Assembly: GCF_006345805.1 (NCBI RefSeq)
Contig: NC_043004.1
Coordinates: 55,552,001 to 55,616,000, forward strand
Source: Octopus sinensis
Taxonomy: Eukaryota
Reading direction: 5' to 3'
Length of the DNA: 64,000 bases
The position numbers and the translations under genes were made by a program. The notes below the pieces were generated by a model. It made no database searches. It worked only from the letters and a program-made list of their open reading frames with translations, and was not told where the DNA came from. The first letter of the stretch is position 1; each line of letters opens with the position of its first letter. Positions 12,769-26,023 of this stretch are shown piece after piece.

Positions 12769-13686
12769 GTATATCATTTTCTGTCAGTTTCCTGTATAAA
12801 GTATGACTATTTTCTCCTTCTATTTTTCAGTATACACTATTATATTCCCTGCTGAACCCAAATCAGATCTTTTATTCATGAACACTATTTTTGGCAGAGA
12901 AAATTACACTGTGCCCCAGCATGGCCACAGTGTAATGACTTGAACAAGTAAAAGATATATACGTGTGTGTGAGCTTAAAATGTGGAAAAGTGAAACGAAT
13001 ATGAAAAGTGAGAAGAACGAAGGAAAGTGGAATAACAGAAGCAGATGAAAGGCAAAATAGAAAGAAAGAAAGAAAAATGAGATATTTTAGAAATCAGGGG
13101 AAACCATATTTATTTTTTTCTTTTTCATGGCCAACTTCCAAAGTTGTGAAATATTTCTGTTGAGAAAATGGTGAAAACATTTCCCACATTTTAAAAATAT
13201 TTTACACTGCAATTAAACAACTATACTACTATTCTGCAAAGAAAAGAAAAATGCCTGGGATAAACACCCACGTAACATGAAAACTGTTGGGCTTAGATTG
13301 TCCTACTGATAGGACAGGTTTTACATTACTGTCATGGTTGGAAGTTTAACTGCAGCACGATTCTTTACTTGGGTAGCACTCGCTCAGGAGTTATTGTTGG
13401 CTCACAAGTGGGTAGAAGACATCAAGTTGAGAAAGAGGATCACAAGTTTTCTTACAATTCACTGTGTATCTGTATCGATCAGACTACCACATGCTGTTAA
13501 ACACTACTGATCACAATACGCCTTCCTTGCCTTGCTGGCTAGGCAGGCAGCCAAACCATCACAACATTACCTATTTACATCTGAAGTAGACTGGAGTAAC
13601 ATGAAACGAAGTGTTTTGCTCAAAAACATCACAGCGAAACAGCGATTGCAGCACCTAAACCACGAAAGAAACCTTTAAACTCGCTT

Positions 13687-14072
13687 TCTCTTTTACTCTC
13701 TTTTACTTGTTTCAGTCATTTGACTGCAGCCATGCTGGAGCACTGCCTTTAGTCGAGCAAATCGACCCCGGGACTTATTCTTTGTAAGCCCAGTACTTAT
13801 TCTATCGGTCTCTTTTGCCGAACCGCTAAGTGACGGGGTCGTAAACACACCAGCATCGGTTGTCAAGCGATGTTGGGGGGACAAACACAGACACACACAT
13901 ACATATATATGACAGGCTTCTTTCAGTTTCCGTCTACCAAATCCACTCACAAGGCTTTGGTTGGCCCGAGGCTATAGCAGAAGACACTTGCCAAAGATGC
14001 CACGCAGTGGGACTGAATCCGGACCATGTAGTTGGTTAGCAAGCTACTTACCACACAGCCACTCCTGCACCT
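13687..14072 (-). mobile_element. SINE family A
   Basis: Full match to family A. Confidence 0.9.
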
Positions 14073-14739
14073 AAACTAAGTACAATACTTCTTTTTTAAA
14101 CACATTTTCAAAAATATTTTTTGTCATGATTAATATATGAGTAGGATATTATGTTATCAGAGAACAGAAACAAATTGCTATGCTAAAGTCCAATATAAAT
14201 AGTCTTTTTTGGCAATTTCATTAAAGAGTACATGGTGATTTGGAGGGGGAGGTCAGGACTTTCCTTACATATAAAATCTTTAAATCAAGAACAATGTTTT
14301 ATAAACACTTTTTCAAAAAAATTTGTTAGGGTTAGTATTTGAGTTGGACGGTGGTGTTATCAGTGAGTAGAATGTCAAAGTTCAATATAATTTCATAAAC
14401 TTTTATCTTTTACTTGATTCTATCACTTGACAGCAACTATGCAGGGGTATCACTTTGAAGGGCTTAGTCAAACAATCTAACTCCAGCACTTAGTTTTTAA
14501 ACCTGGTACTTAATCTATCAGTTTCTTTTTCCAAACTACTAACGATTGTCAAGCAGTGGCAGGGGACAAACAAAACATCAACATTTTATGCACACACATA
14601 CATTACATATATATATATATTACCAGTGAGTGTGTTAAATTATAAGGCACAGAAAGAAAATGACTCTCCCCAGACACAACAGAATATGCTTCAACACACA
14701 AACTCACATAAAGAATCTTGCAAACCAAATCCAAAAATG

Positions 14740-15169
14740 AAAATAAAAATCTTATGGATATTGTAGTTGTGATACCCATGCCAGTGGCACGTAGGACCCC
14801 ACGGAGGAAATGAGATATGCTGTGACTATGAAGACCTGACAAATAAAGTGAGTTGGTGGCTCGGTGCAGGACGGCCTGCTGTGCTAACCTTGGATTGTAG
14901 AGTGACCCGCTGTTCTTGAGGAGACCTAATGAGCCAACATCAAAATAAAATTCAAATGGAAATTGTAGTTAAGATACCCATGCCAGTGACACATAAAAAG
15001 CACCCACTACACTCACGGAGTGGTTGGCGTTAGGAAGGGCATCCAGCTGTAGAAACACTGCCAGATCAGACTGGAGCCTGGTGCAGCCTCCTGGCTTCCC
15101 AGACCCCGGTCGAATCATCCAACCCATGCTAGCATGGAAAACAGACATTAAAATTAAAAGATGATGATG

Positions 15170-15171
<2 letters not shown>
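14740..15171 (+). mobile_element. RTE-type LINE 3' end (family C)
   Basis: TTGGCGTTAGGAAGGGCATCCAGCTGTAGAAAC...CATGCTAGCATGGAAAAC..(GAT)n. Confidence 0.7.
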
Positions 15172-15204
<33 letters not shown>

Positions 15205-15207
<3 letters not shown>

Positions 15208-15583
15208 CGCAGGGGTGGCTGTGTGGTAAGTAGCTTGCTAACCAACCACATGGTTCCGGGTTCAGTCCCACTGCGTGGCATCTTGGTGTCTTCTGCTATA
15301 GCCCCGGGCCGACCAATGCCTTGTGAGTGGATTTGGTAGGCGGAAACTGAAAGAAGCCTGTCGTATATATGTATGTGTGTGTGTGTGTTTGTGTTTGTCC
15401 CCCTAGCATTGCTTGACAACCGATGCTGGTGTGTTTACGTCCCCGTTACTTAGCAGTTTGGCAAAAGAGACCGACAGAATAAGTACTGGGCTTACAAAAG
15501 AATAAGTTCTGGGGTCGAGTTGCTTGACTAAAGGCGGTGCTCCAGCATGGCCGCAGTCAAATGACTGAAACAAATAAAAGAGT
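15205..15583 (+). mobile_element. SINE family A
   Basis: Full match; its head abuts a (TA)n tract. Confidence 0.9.
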
Positions 15584-16144
15584 ATATATATATATATAGG
15601 TGCATAGCTCAGTGGTTAGAGCATTGGGCTCACAGTCATGAGGTAGTGAGTTCTTTACCTGAGTAGGAGCACCTTGGGAGTTGTTGTAAGCTCACAAGTG
15701 GGTGGTAGACATCAAAGGATCAAGGAGGATAGAGTGTTTAGTTGGGAGAAGGGGATTACAATACACTTCATTGCAAAGTGTTTCATTCAATAATGAGATT
15801 TTGTAGAAGAAATGTTGAATTTTCATTTTAATTTTCCAAACATTTATTAAATTTGGGTGTAATTTACATTTCAGAGCTTTTATATTCTAGCAATATACTC
15901 TTTAGCTGATAACTAGTTACCAGTAATTTTAGATTTAAGATAAAGTGCAAGGCACAGACAGACATGTCTGTGTGGTTAAGAAAACCGAATTCCTAACAAT
16001 TTGGTTTCAAGTTCAGTCCCACTATAAAGCACTATGGGCAAGTGCTTTATATTAGCCCCAATCTGATCAGTACATTTGATAGTTGGAAACTGAAAGAAGT
16101 TTGTCATACCTATTTCTTTCTCTCCCTCATACATACATACATAT

Positions 16145-16536
16145 ACTCTTTTACTCGTTTCAGTCATTTGACTGCGGCCATGCTGGAGCACCGCCTTTAA
16201 TTGAGCAACTCGACCCCGGGACTTATTCTTTTGTAAGCCCAGTACTTATTCTATTGGTCTCTTTTGCTGAACCGCTAAGTAACGGGGACATAAACACACC
16301 AGCATCGGTTGTCAAGCAATGCTAGGGGGACAAACACAGACACACAAATACACACACACACACACATATATATACATATATACGACGGGCTTCTTTCAGT
16401 TTCCGTCTACCAAATCCATTCACAAGACTTTGGTCGGCCCGAGGCTATAGTAGAAGACACTTGCCCAAGGTGCCACGCAGTGGGACTGAACCCGGAACCA
16501 TGTGGTTGGTAAACAAGCTACTTACCACACATGCCA
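16145..16536 (-). mobile_element. SINE family A
   Basis: Full match to family A. Confidence 0.9.
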
Positions 16537-17132
16537 CGCATCCATTTTCAAGTATATATATATATATATATATATTTAAGTCTCAGTATATGGATTCAAG
16601 TAATCCATTTCTTTCACCTGAGGATGTCACTTAAATTCTGCATTATTTTGAAGGATTTTTTGCATTAATACAGAGATTTAAATAATTTATTTATTATTAA
16701 ATAAAATTTCATCAAACTATTTCTCAGTCATCTGTGACTTTTCATATATGTATGTATGTGTGTGTGTGTGTGTGTGTGTGCCTGCGTGGGTAATGTCTGC
16801 ATTTGCGCTTCTCCACGGGTCACTAGGTTGTAAGTGCAGTGATGTTATTTCTCTTGTCAGGTAGTCATCCACTGTCTTTGCACGTTTGGGAATGTGCAAG
16901 GTCAGCAATCTCTTGGTTGGAGAAAAAGGTAAGGGTTAGTGACAATGACTAACACATGCTAGTATGAAAAACTAAAATGGGAATAGCACAAAATAACTGA
17001 CAAAATAAAAAGAAAAAAAGAAAGAAAGAAGATAATTCTTGTTGAAAAACCTTATTAGATAGAAAGAGTTGAAGGTTAATTCTTGCAGGTAAGAACAAAG
17101 TTTGTGAAATGGATAGAGATATTCAAAGGATT

Positions 17133-17200
17133 GCTTTGATCCAATGGTAGAACACTTGTCATGTCTACAGAAGAAGTGGGTTCAAGTCCTAAGTAGAGCT
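17133..17200 (+). pseudogene. Degenerate tRNA-like sequence (Thr-TGT-like or orphan SINE head)
   Basis: A box TGATCCAATGGTAGA, B box GGTTCAAGTCC, imperfect cloverleaf with anticodon loop CATGTCT; several stem mismatches. Confidence 0.3.
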
Positions 17201-18797
17201 TTCAACTTTTTGCATCCAAATGTGTTTTTCAACCAATACCCAATATTTGTATGCTATTTATTTATAGCTTTATGTGCTTCAAGATTCTCTGTTTCAAAAA
17301 TGAATTATTTCATGTTCTCTCAAATTTTTGTCAAATTTTTATAATGTAGACAGAGACAGAATAATCTAATTATGAATAAATTTATAATGATAAAGTTCTG
17401 TTAGTTATTTTAGTTAACACCCAACACATTCTTATAATTTTGGTATGAATCTCATGCGAAATAATACACAAGTTTGAAATGAATGGAAGGATGATGGAGA
17501 GAATAATGAAATGATGAAAGCATTTGAAAAAAGATAAAAAGAAGAAAACAATGAACCAAGGATTAGAATGCACACAATACTCTCAAAATATATGTGTTCA
17601 AGTATTTGAACTAGATTTGAATTAATATTATTTTCTTTTCTATAAAACGACGGTCAAGATTTAACAAACTAGGTTAATTTAACAGAAAAATATTAAATAT
17701 TTTACATTTGTTTTCAAAATGTAGAAAATGTAGGATTGTTTAAACCCTTCAGCATTTAAACCAGCCATATCTGGCCAAAAGTATTCTGCTTGTTTTATGT
17801 TCAAACTGGCCATATCTGGTCTCTCACACCAACCCTACAATATCATCTTAAAAATTAACAGCTTCCTCATCAAAATCTCATAACTACAAGATAATGCATG
17901 ATTAGTTCAAAACAATGTGGATAAAAAAGGGATTAGTTTTGGCAGAATAATGTGAACACTAAAAGGTTGAACTATTCAGAATGTTTTTGTTGTGGAAGTG
18001 CAGACAGATTAACAAAGAACAAGGACATAATCCTGATTGAGAGGACTTTGATTGAGACAGCTCACCTGGAAATATCTGGTTTCTTAATTTTTTAATATTT
18101 TTATTTCAAACTATGTATCTAATCTTATCTTTTACTTGTCTAACTCATTGGATGGCAGCCATGCAGGAGTGCTGCCTTGGAAATCAACCCCAGTACTTAT
18201 TCTGATGCTTAGTACTTATGTTGTCAGTCTCTTTTGCAGAACTGCTAAGTCATGGGGATGTAAACAAACCAACAGCAGTTGTCAAACAGACAATCACAAA
18301 ACACACTCACACATATAATGGGCCATTTTTGCAGTTCTCTTCTGCCTAATCCACTCACAAGCCTTTGGTCAGTCTAGGGAGCACACAGTGGTAAGCAATC
18401 TGCTTAACCACAATGTCAGGCCTGTTTTCCTTTGTTTAACACAGTAGGATATGAGCTGAGGAAATTTTGCAGTTACTTCTAAGACTTCAGTATCCCCTGC
18501 TAGTTAAATCATCTGTAATGAAATTGGGGCAACTTGTAATCAGTTTTTGAAGTTGTTCTTAACACTAAAACATGAATTATGAAACTGGAACCAATTAAAA
18601 CCTGATTTCTCAGCTCATTCCAAAGTACAAGACCAAATCAATATGTGTGTATGTATATATTATATATGTATAATTTCAATGAAAATGGATGTGTCAAATG
18701 ATAACCTTTTATAGATAAAGTTTAGAAGACACTACAAGGACATTAAGATATTACAAAGATCAAATGACACTGCTGGCATATGGTGAACTTTTGAACA

Positions 18798-19280
18798 GTC
18801 GTCGTCGTCGTCGTTTAACGTCCGTTCTCCATGCTAGCATGGGTTGGACGGTTCGACCGGGGTTCTGGGAAGCCAGAAGGCTGCACCAGGCTCCAGTCTA
18901 ATTTGGCAATGTTTCTACAGCTGGATGCCCTTCCTAACGCCAACCACTCCGTGAGTGTAGTGGGTGCTTTTTACGTGCCACCTGCACAGGTGCCAGGCGG
19001 GGCTGGCAACGGCCACGGTCAGATTGGTGTATTTTATGTGCCACCGGCACGGAAGCCAGTCGAGGCGGTGCTGGCATCGGCCACGAGTCGGATAGTGCTT
19101 TTTACGTACCACCAGACCAGGGATCCTGGCTGGTTCAATTCGATTTCGCTTGCCCCAACATGTCTTCACAAGCAAAGGGGGTTGGCAAGGGTGCCTGTCG
19201 TACGGTCGCATTGGAGTATTTTACGTGCCACGGCCACGAGTCGGATAGTGCTTTTTACGTACCACCAGACCAGGGATCCT
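18798..19280 (-). mobile_element. RTE-type LINE 3' end (family C)
   Basis: (GAC)n tail variant, several internal tandem units, and a 48-bp segment duplicated (19081-19128, 19233-19280). Confidence 0.7.
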
Positions 19281-19514
19281 GAAGAATAATTTTAAATGAT
19301 CAGATATAAATCCAGGCTTGCTTTTAAAGAAATAGATGGTTATTATCCACACACACTTGTAATAATAATACTAACTTACAGATGGAAATTCATAGGTTTT
19401 ATTAACGCACTGCAACATATGTTTCTACACTGCACACCATCACTAGGTGACAATTTTTCATATTCATAATACTTGAGATTACTCTTAATAATTATGAAGT
19501 AGTAATGATTAATA

Positions 19515-19812
19515 TGGAGGTGCAATGGCCCAGTGATTAGGGCAGCGGACTCGCAGTCGGAGGATTGCGGTTTCAATTCCCAGAGCGGGCATTGCGTGTG
19601 TTTATTGAGCGTAAACACCTAAAAGCTCCACAAAGCTCTGGCAGAGGGTGGTGGCGACTCCTGTTGTACACTTTCGCCACAACTTTCTCCCACGCTCTCT
19701 TCCTGTTTCTTGAGTAATGCTGCAATGGACTGGCGTCCCGTTCAGCTGAGGGGAACATGTACGCCACAGAAATCGGGCCCATGAGACTGCCTAGGCTTGA
19801 AAAGGGTGACAT
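19515..19812 (+). mobile_element. SINE family D
   Basis: 12-bp TSD TAATGATTAATA. Confidence 0.85.
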
Positions 19813-20139
19813 TAATGATTAATACAATGCCTGAGGAAGCACCTGCACTGGAAATGGCGTGAAGAAGACATTTAAATTCACAATTATTAAGAGTAATCTT
19901 AAGTAATGTTATATATGAAAAACAGTGACCTAATGATGGTGAATGATGTAGAAGCATATACATGATCCAGATTGTTACTATAGTAATGAAGCTAAACCAC
20001 ATGGAGTGGAGCCACTGGGCACAGACTGACCTTGAACTCTGCCTTGCATGTGCACTAAGTTTTAGCATTCTAGCTCACTTCTGCTGTTTACAGCAGTGCT
20101 TGGAAGGAACTGGGTGGGATACAAATAAAGTGCAAGAGA

Positions 20140-20370
20140 ACATCACCAAAACTGAAAAGCCAAGTGTGATGCTGCAGGTGTTGCAAAGTGCCACGATTTA
20201 TGAGAAGGAGACATGGGCAATGAAAAGAAAGCAACTGAAAGGGCTGGAAAGAACAGAAATGAGAATGGTCTGGTGGTCGAGTGGCGTAATGCTGAGAAGA
20301 CAAACAAGGAATTACAAACAATGGAAATAGAGTCACTGATGGATGTTATATAAAGAAAAAAAAAAAAAAA
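20140..20370 (+). mobile_element. Old RTE LINE ORF fragment
   Basis: VLQSATIYEKETWAMKRKQLKGLERTEMRMVWWSSGV resembles the RTE motif VRPxMLYGSETW..LE..EMRMLRW. Confidence 0.65.
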
Positions 20371-21191
20371 AAGAATGGGATGAGATATGATGATGATTAT
20401 ATGATCATCCCATCATTTTGGAGATTAAATGTAAATGTGTTCCTTTCATATTTTTAAAACAGTGGGGCATGGTTTGATTGAGATTTGCTGCTATTTCTAG
20501 CAAATCGTGCAGCCACAAAGGCTCTCCTGTTGGGTCACTATGGAGTGTAGTAAATCTCTCTTAGCTAGGAGTCAAGTGTCATAGCAATCAAAAAACATCT
20601 GGTACCACATTTCCTTGTTTCAACAACTAGAACATGCATACATATGCAAACTAGACAAGTCTGCTTTACAATAGGCAATGTGTATAGAAAAATAAAGCAA
20701 AAAGAAAAAACATTCTTCAATATTCACATCATCTGTAAATGTCATGGCGACATTTACACACACACACACATACCTACATGCACTGGCCTAGGAAAAGCTA
20801 ATTAACCTTTCTTTTTCTGGTAAATTTCTTTTATATCAAATAAAATACATGATTGATGACAAGTCAATGAGGAAACCTCGGCTTGGTCTTTTGACTTGCC
20901 TGAAATTGCTGCTAAATCTTCCTTATCTCATCATACCATCTTAAAAAGAAAAAAAACAACAAAAAAGAAAGAAAAAAGACAATGGACATCATTGGCTAAT
21001 GTGATTCTCCATACACTTGGTTGGTTAAAAAAATAACAAGATAAAAAAAAAAAGTGGTTGGAATGCTTTCTGAACGGAGTTGGTAAGGGATTCAACAATT
21101 AGAATCTATTTAAAAATTGATGTCATTTAACCTGTTCATTTGCTATAACATTAAAGAAGTGTCCTTGCATAAAAATTCAAAACACGAAGAC

Positions 21192-21397
21192 ACTCTCTTT
21201 ACTCTCTCTTTTACTTGTTTCAGTCATTTGACTGTGGCCATGCTGGAGCACCGCCTTTTAGTCGAGCAAATCGACCCCGGGACTTATTCTTTGTAAGCCC
21301 AGTACTTATTCTATCAGTCTCTTTTGCCGAAACGCTAAATGACGGGGACATAAACACACCAGCATCGGTTTTCAAGCAATGCTAGGGGGACAAACAG

Positions 21398-21429
<32 letters not shown>

Positions 21430-21853
21430 GTATATAAAATAAATATAAGAGAGTGGTCACTATATGGCTCACTCTAGCACCAGTTAATCCAATATGGATT
21501 AACTGGTGCTAGAGTGAGCCATATAGTGACCACTCTCTTATATTTATTTTGTAAAAATATTATAATATATTATAAAATATTATAATAATCCAGGTTTCTC
21601 GGAGCACTAGGCCACTTGGTGTAGAATAGATATACTATTAAATTAGTATCTAATTCTCTCACCCTTATTAATTAATTATATATGTATATACATATATACG
21701 ACAGGCTTCTTTCAGTTTCTGTCTACCAACAAGGCATTGGTCGGCCCGGGGCTATAGCAGAAGACACTTGCCCAAGATGCCACGCAGTGGGACTGAACCC
21801 GGAACCATGTGGTTGGTTAGCAAGCTACTTACCACACAGCCACTCATGCGCCT
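21192..21853 (-). mobile_element. SINE family A with a ~245-bp insert in its linker
   Basis: The two arms are separated by an insert at 21436-21680 containing a perfect hairpin. Confidence 0.85.
21436..21550. repeat. Perfect 56-bp inverted repeat with 3-nt loop
   Basis: 21436-21491 is the exact reverse complement of 21495-21550; loop ATA. Confidence 0.95.
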
Positions 21854-21950
21854 ACTGAAATAGTTTCTTCAAGACTTTTTCTCAGGGCCATGAAATGACT
21901 GATACACAGGAATACTGTAGCCCGAGAAATAACACTATACAATACATGTT

Positions 21951-22390
21951 TACTCTCTTTACTCTTTTACCTGTTTCAGTCATTTGACTGTGGCCATGCT
22001 GGAGCACCGCCTTTAGTAAACCGACATTCGCACAGATTTAGTAAATCAATATTCGCACAGGTTTTTAACTGCACGCTGTTTAGCAAATCGACCCCAGGAC
22101 TTATTCTTTGTAAGCCTAGTACTTATTCTATCGGTTTTCTTTTGCCGAACTGCTAAGTTACGGGGGACGTAAACACATTAGCATCGGTTGTCAAGTTTGG
22201 GGGGACAAACACAGACACATACATACATGACAGGCTTCTTTCAGTTTCCGTCAACCAAATCCACTCACAAGGCTTTCGTCAGCCTGAGGCTATAGTAGAA
22301 GACACTTGCCCAAAGTGCCACGTAGTGGAACTGAACCCGGAACCATATGGTTCATAAGCAAGCTACTTACCACACAGCCACTCCTACACC
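21951..22390 (-). mobile_element. SINE family A with a ~60-bp insert in the right arm
   Basis: Family match interrupted at ~22017-22080. Confidence 0.85.
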
Positions 22391-22469
22391 CATATATTTA
22401 TTCATCAACCTATCAACCTATCTATCTATCTAGCTTGCTATATGTATGTGTGTGTCGCTTTTATCCTTT

Positions 22470-22717
22470 GAAACGTAGAGTAGATGAAAGCTTTAGCGAC
22501 TGAAGAAGGGGTTTTTCCTTGTGTTAATTGTCCTGTATTCTATTTTTTTGCTGTTTTTAATAAATGTCCAGTTCCTTTGGTTTGTGTCTATGTTTTCGTT
22601 TCTCATTGTGTTCGACGTCCTTTTGGTGTCCTGTACTCATATATGCGTGTATATGTACAAGTAGAGGTAGGTACGTACATATATGTTTATATATATGCAT
22701 ATGTTTTATTTCATTTA

Positions 22718-22720
<3 letters not shown>
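22470..22720 (+). mobile_element. Penelope-like terminal fragment (family P3)
   Basis: Homologous to the arms of 42735-43095 and to 34500-34760 (minus); contains GAAACGT and CTGAAGAAG motifs; ends in (TA)n. Class is inferred. Confidence 0.45.
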
Positions 22721-22764
<44 letters not shown>

Positions 22765-23463
22765 AGAGAGAAAGAGAGAGATGGATAGATATGGCTGCAA
22801 AATGATTTTTGGCAATGCGATCACTTGATTGTTCTCTTAACACTAACAGCATAGATGAGGCCTTTTAGTCCTGCTAGGGACCTACTCACTTTAGCACAGA
22901 TGTGGCAATGATGGGTGCCTCTTGCAGTAACTGTTTAGAGAGCTTTCTACCCATGTTGACACGTGCCTTTGTTTCTTTCATTGAGTGTTTTGCCTTTTTT
23001 TTGGGTTGTGGTCAACCATGGTGTGCAACAGATAACAGGGATGTTAAAAATCAAGTGATGCCTGCCCCTAGAGCTTTTTAAAGTGAGAAAAGGCCTTGTA
23101 ATAGAGCCAGCCCCACTCTCTGAACCATGTATGCATTTGTCCCCACAAAAGAAGAACTAGTCTACATTATTGGATGCAAAGAAAGTCACAGGTGTTGCAT
23201 CACTGAATCCATTCTCCTGAAGAGATGTCTAAACAAAGACTAGTAATCTCTCACTTCCAGCTGTTGGGTGACCAGTGACTCTACTGAGTCCATTTGCTTT
23301 TTTGACAAGCTTTGCTTTTCATCCAGCAGGGTGTCCAGCAAAAATTTGTCAATCAACCTGCAGGTTGTCCTAGGTCACATGTTACTAAGAGTGATCTGAC
23401 ACACACACATAAATATTTACATGCATTTATATTTTGCATGTATACATGTGTGTGTGTGTGTAC

Positions 23464-23534
<71 letters not shown>

Positions 23535-23545
23535 ATATATATATA

Positions 23546-24145
23546 TCATCATCATCATCATTTAACGTCCGCTTTCCATGCTAGCATGAGTTGGACGGTT
23601 CAACTGGGGTCTGTGAAGCCAGAAGGCTGCATCAGGCCCAGTCTGATCTGGCAGTGTTTCTACGGCTTGATGCCCTTCCTAACGCCAACCACTCTGTGAG
23701 TGTAGTGGGTGCTTTTTACGTGCCACCCGCACAGGTGCCAGACGGAGCTGGCAAACGGCCACGGACGGATGGTGCTTTTTACGTGCCACCGGCAACGGGG
23801 CCAGTCAGGGCGGCGCTGGTAACGGCCACAATCGGATGGTTCGCTTACTTGTCACCGGCACTGGTATCACAGCTGCAATTTCCATTGATGTTGATCGACT
23901 TCGATTTTGGTTCTGCTCTCTGATATCTGATTTGATTTGGTTTGATTTTGATTTTTTTGATTTTCACTTGCCTCAACGGGTCTTCACAAGTGGAGTTTTG
24001 TGTCCCAAGAAGGAAAGGTATGTATAAGTCGACTGGCTACATACCAGGTAGAGGCCACGGGTTATGGTCTCACTAGTCTTGCCGGGTCTTCTCACGCACA
24101 GCATACTTCCATAGGTCTCGGTCTCTAGTCATTTCCTTGGTGTGT
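23546..24145 (-). mobile_element. RTE-type LINE 3' end including the ORF terminus
   Basis: The minus strand encodes TKEMTRDRDLWKYAVREKTRQD* (RTE ORF end), then a 3'UTR with tandem units and a (GAT)n tail. This identifies family C as LINE 3' ends. Confidence 0.75.
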
Positions 24146-24756
24146 GTGTATACACACAACAATGTATACAGCGTATAGGTAATGGGACCTGAAAATTTAG
24201 CTAAGCTGGTTCTATGTAATGTTACAAATTATTTAAGAAACATTATTTTAGCTATGAAACAGTCCCTGCTTTATCGGTTCTATTTTTTACCATACCAGGA
24301 TTTTATTCATATTTGTAGCAACTTTAGTTGCTCAACCGTAAGTTGTATGGTGACTGTCAGCTTATCAAAATTTCCTATGATTTCAATATGGGATGAAGTG
24401 TGTAACTTGCAATATTAATAAACTCATTTTACTGTATATTGCACACCTTTTGCGAGTTGTATACATGACTGAAGCTTACTAACCTCCTACACTTAGATTC
24501 TTGAATTGTACATACCTATTTCTATAAATACATATACTAATCATCATTTAACATCCATTGTCCATGCTGGCATGGGATGGACGGTTTGACCAGGGCTAGT
24601 AAGTTGACTCCAGTCTCATTTGGCATGGTTTCTATCACTGGATGCCCTTCCTAGTCTATCGGTCTCTTTTGCTGAACTGTTAAGTCATGAGTACATAAAC
24701 ACACCAATACCAGTTGTCAAGCAGTAATGGGGAAACAAATACACACATATACATAC

Positions 24757-24792
<36 letters not shown>

Positions 24793-24796
<4 letters not shown>

Positions 24797-25090
24797 GAGG
24801 TGCAATGGCCCAGTGGTTAGGGCAGCGGACTCGCAGGCGTAGGATCCCGGTTTTGATTCCCAGACCAGGCGTTGTGTGTGTTTATTGAGCGAAAACACCT
24901 AAAAGCTCCACGAGGTTCCGGCAGGGGGTGGTGATCCCTGCTGTACTCTTTCACCACTCATTCTCTCTTTCTTCTGTTGGCCTGCTCGCTTAGCCAGTGG
25001 GGTGGCGTCATTCGAAGGCTAAAACAATGCGAACGCATGGTGACCAGCGATGTGTAGCAACATCTGATGGTCTGGTTGGTCACGTGATAT
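24793..25090 (+). mobile_element. SINE family D head with an alternative 3' tail
   Basis: First ~170 nt match 7054/19515, then diverge completely. Confidence 0.75.
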
Positions 25091-25100
25091 ATATATATAT

Positions 25101-25370
25101 ATTTCGTTTTTGAATTTGGTTTGCAAGATTCTTGATATGAGTTCATGTGTTGAAGCATATTCTGTTGTGTCTGGGGAGAGTCATTTTTTTTTCGTGCCTT
25201 ATAATGTAACACACTCACCAGTGAAATTTCCACTTATTTCTTATTGAAAAGGATGCAAGACACAACAAAAAATTTTAGGAAAATAAAAATAAGAAATAAG
25301 TGGAAATTTCACTGATGAGTGTGTTACATTATAAGGCACAAAAAGAAAATGACTCTCCTCAGAAACAACA

Positions 25371-25371
<1 letters not shown>
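25101..25371. mobile_element. Inverted pair of Penelope-like termini (family P2)
   Basis: Arms 25160-25245 and 25288-25371 are reverse complements with a 42-bp spacer, flanked by (TA)n; third copy at ~14624-14750. Confidence 0.55.
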
Positions 25372-25448
<77 letters not shown>

Positions 25449-26023
25449 AGACTTCTTTCAGTTTCCACCTACCAAATCCACTCACAAGGGTTTGTCAGCC
25501 CAAAGTGCTACTGAGTGGGACTGAAGCTGGTACCATGTGGTTGGGAAGCAAGCTGCTTACCATGTAGCTATGCATATTCATAATGTCACCATACTCTTTT
25601 ATTTACCTTCTGAGACATGACACTACTGAGGTTAGGTATACTTTGACCCCTTGTCACCACCATCCTGCCATACTTTCCAGCACCGCACACCATCTCCACT
25701 CACCCATACATAACGTAAGGTTTCCCTGAATCTCCCCCAAAATCCATCCACCCCTGTCTTCCTTGTTACTCTCTGACTCTCTATCATTAATTCATGACAT
25801 TATTCATTCTCTTTCCCTTCTGTTGCACTTTGCCCCAATGCTGTCAATATCTCCACTTACAGCTTCACAGCACAAGGAAACAAGTTTACTTAACATACTT
25901 TATATTGTCAACACACCAGCTAAAGTCACCAGCCTCTCTCTCTTGTTCTCCTTCACCATGTGGGAGAAAGCAAACTTCGCTAGTGTTGATGTCATGGAAA
26001 AAATCAGCTAGTACTCTCTATAA

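Noticed and set aside
17382-17573. Hydrophobic ORF suggesting a mitochondrial insertion
   Set aside because: No recognisable mitochondrial protein motif; hydrophobicity follows from T-rich composition.
19376-19500. Possible CREC exon 2 (YEYEKLSPSDG resembles FDQLSPEES, ending near a GTAAGT)
   Set aside because: No suitable acceptor, no EF-hand continuation, and the sequence has an inverted homologue at 19880-19960, so it is a repeat.
24285-24385. Possible CREC exon 2 (AG|GA-NFDKLT)
   Set aside because: In-frame stop after ~22 codons and no PEE.K.RL motif.
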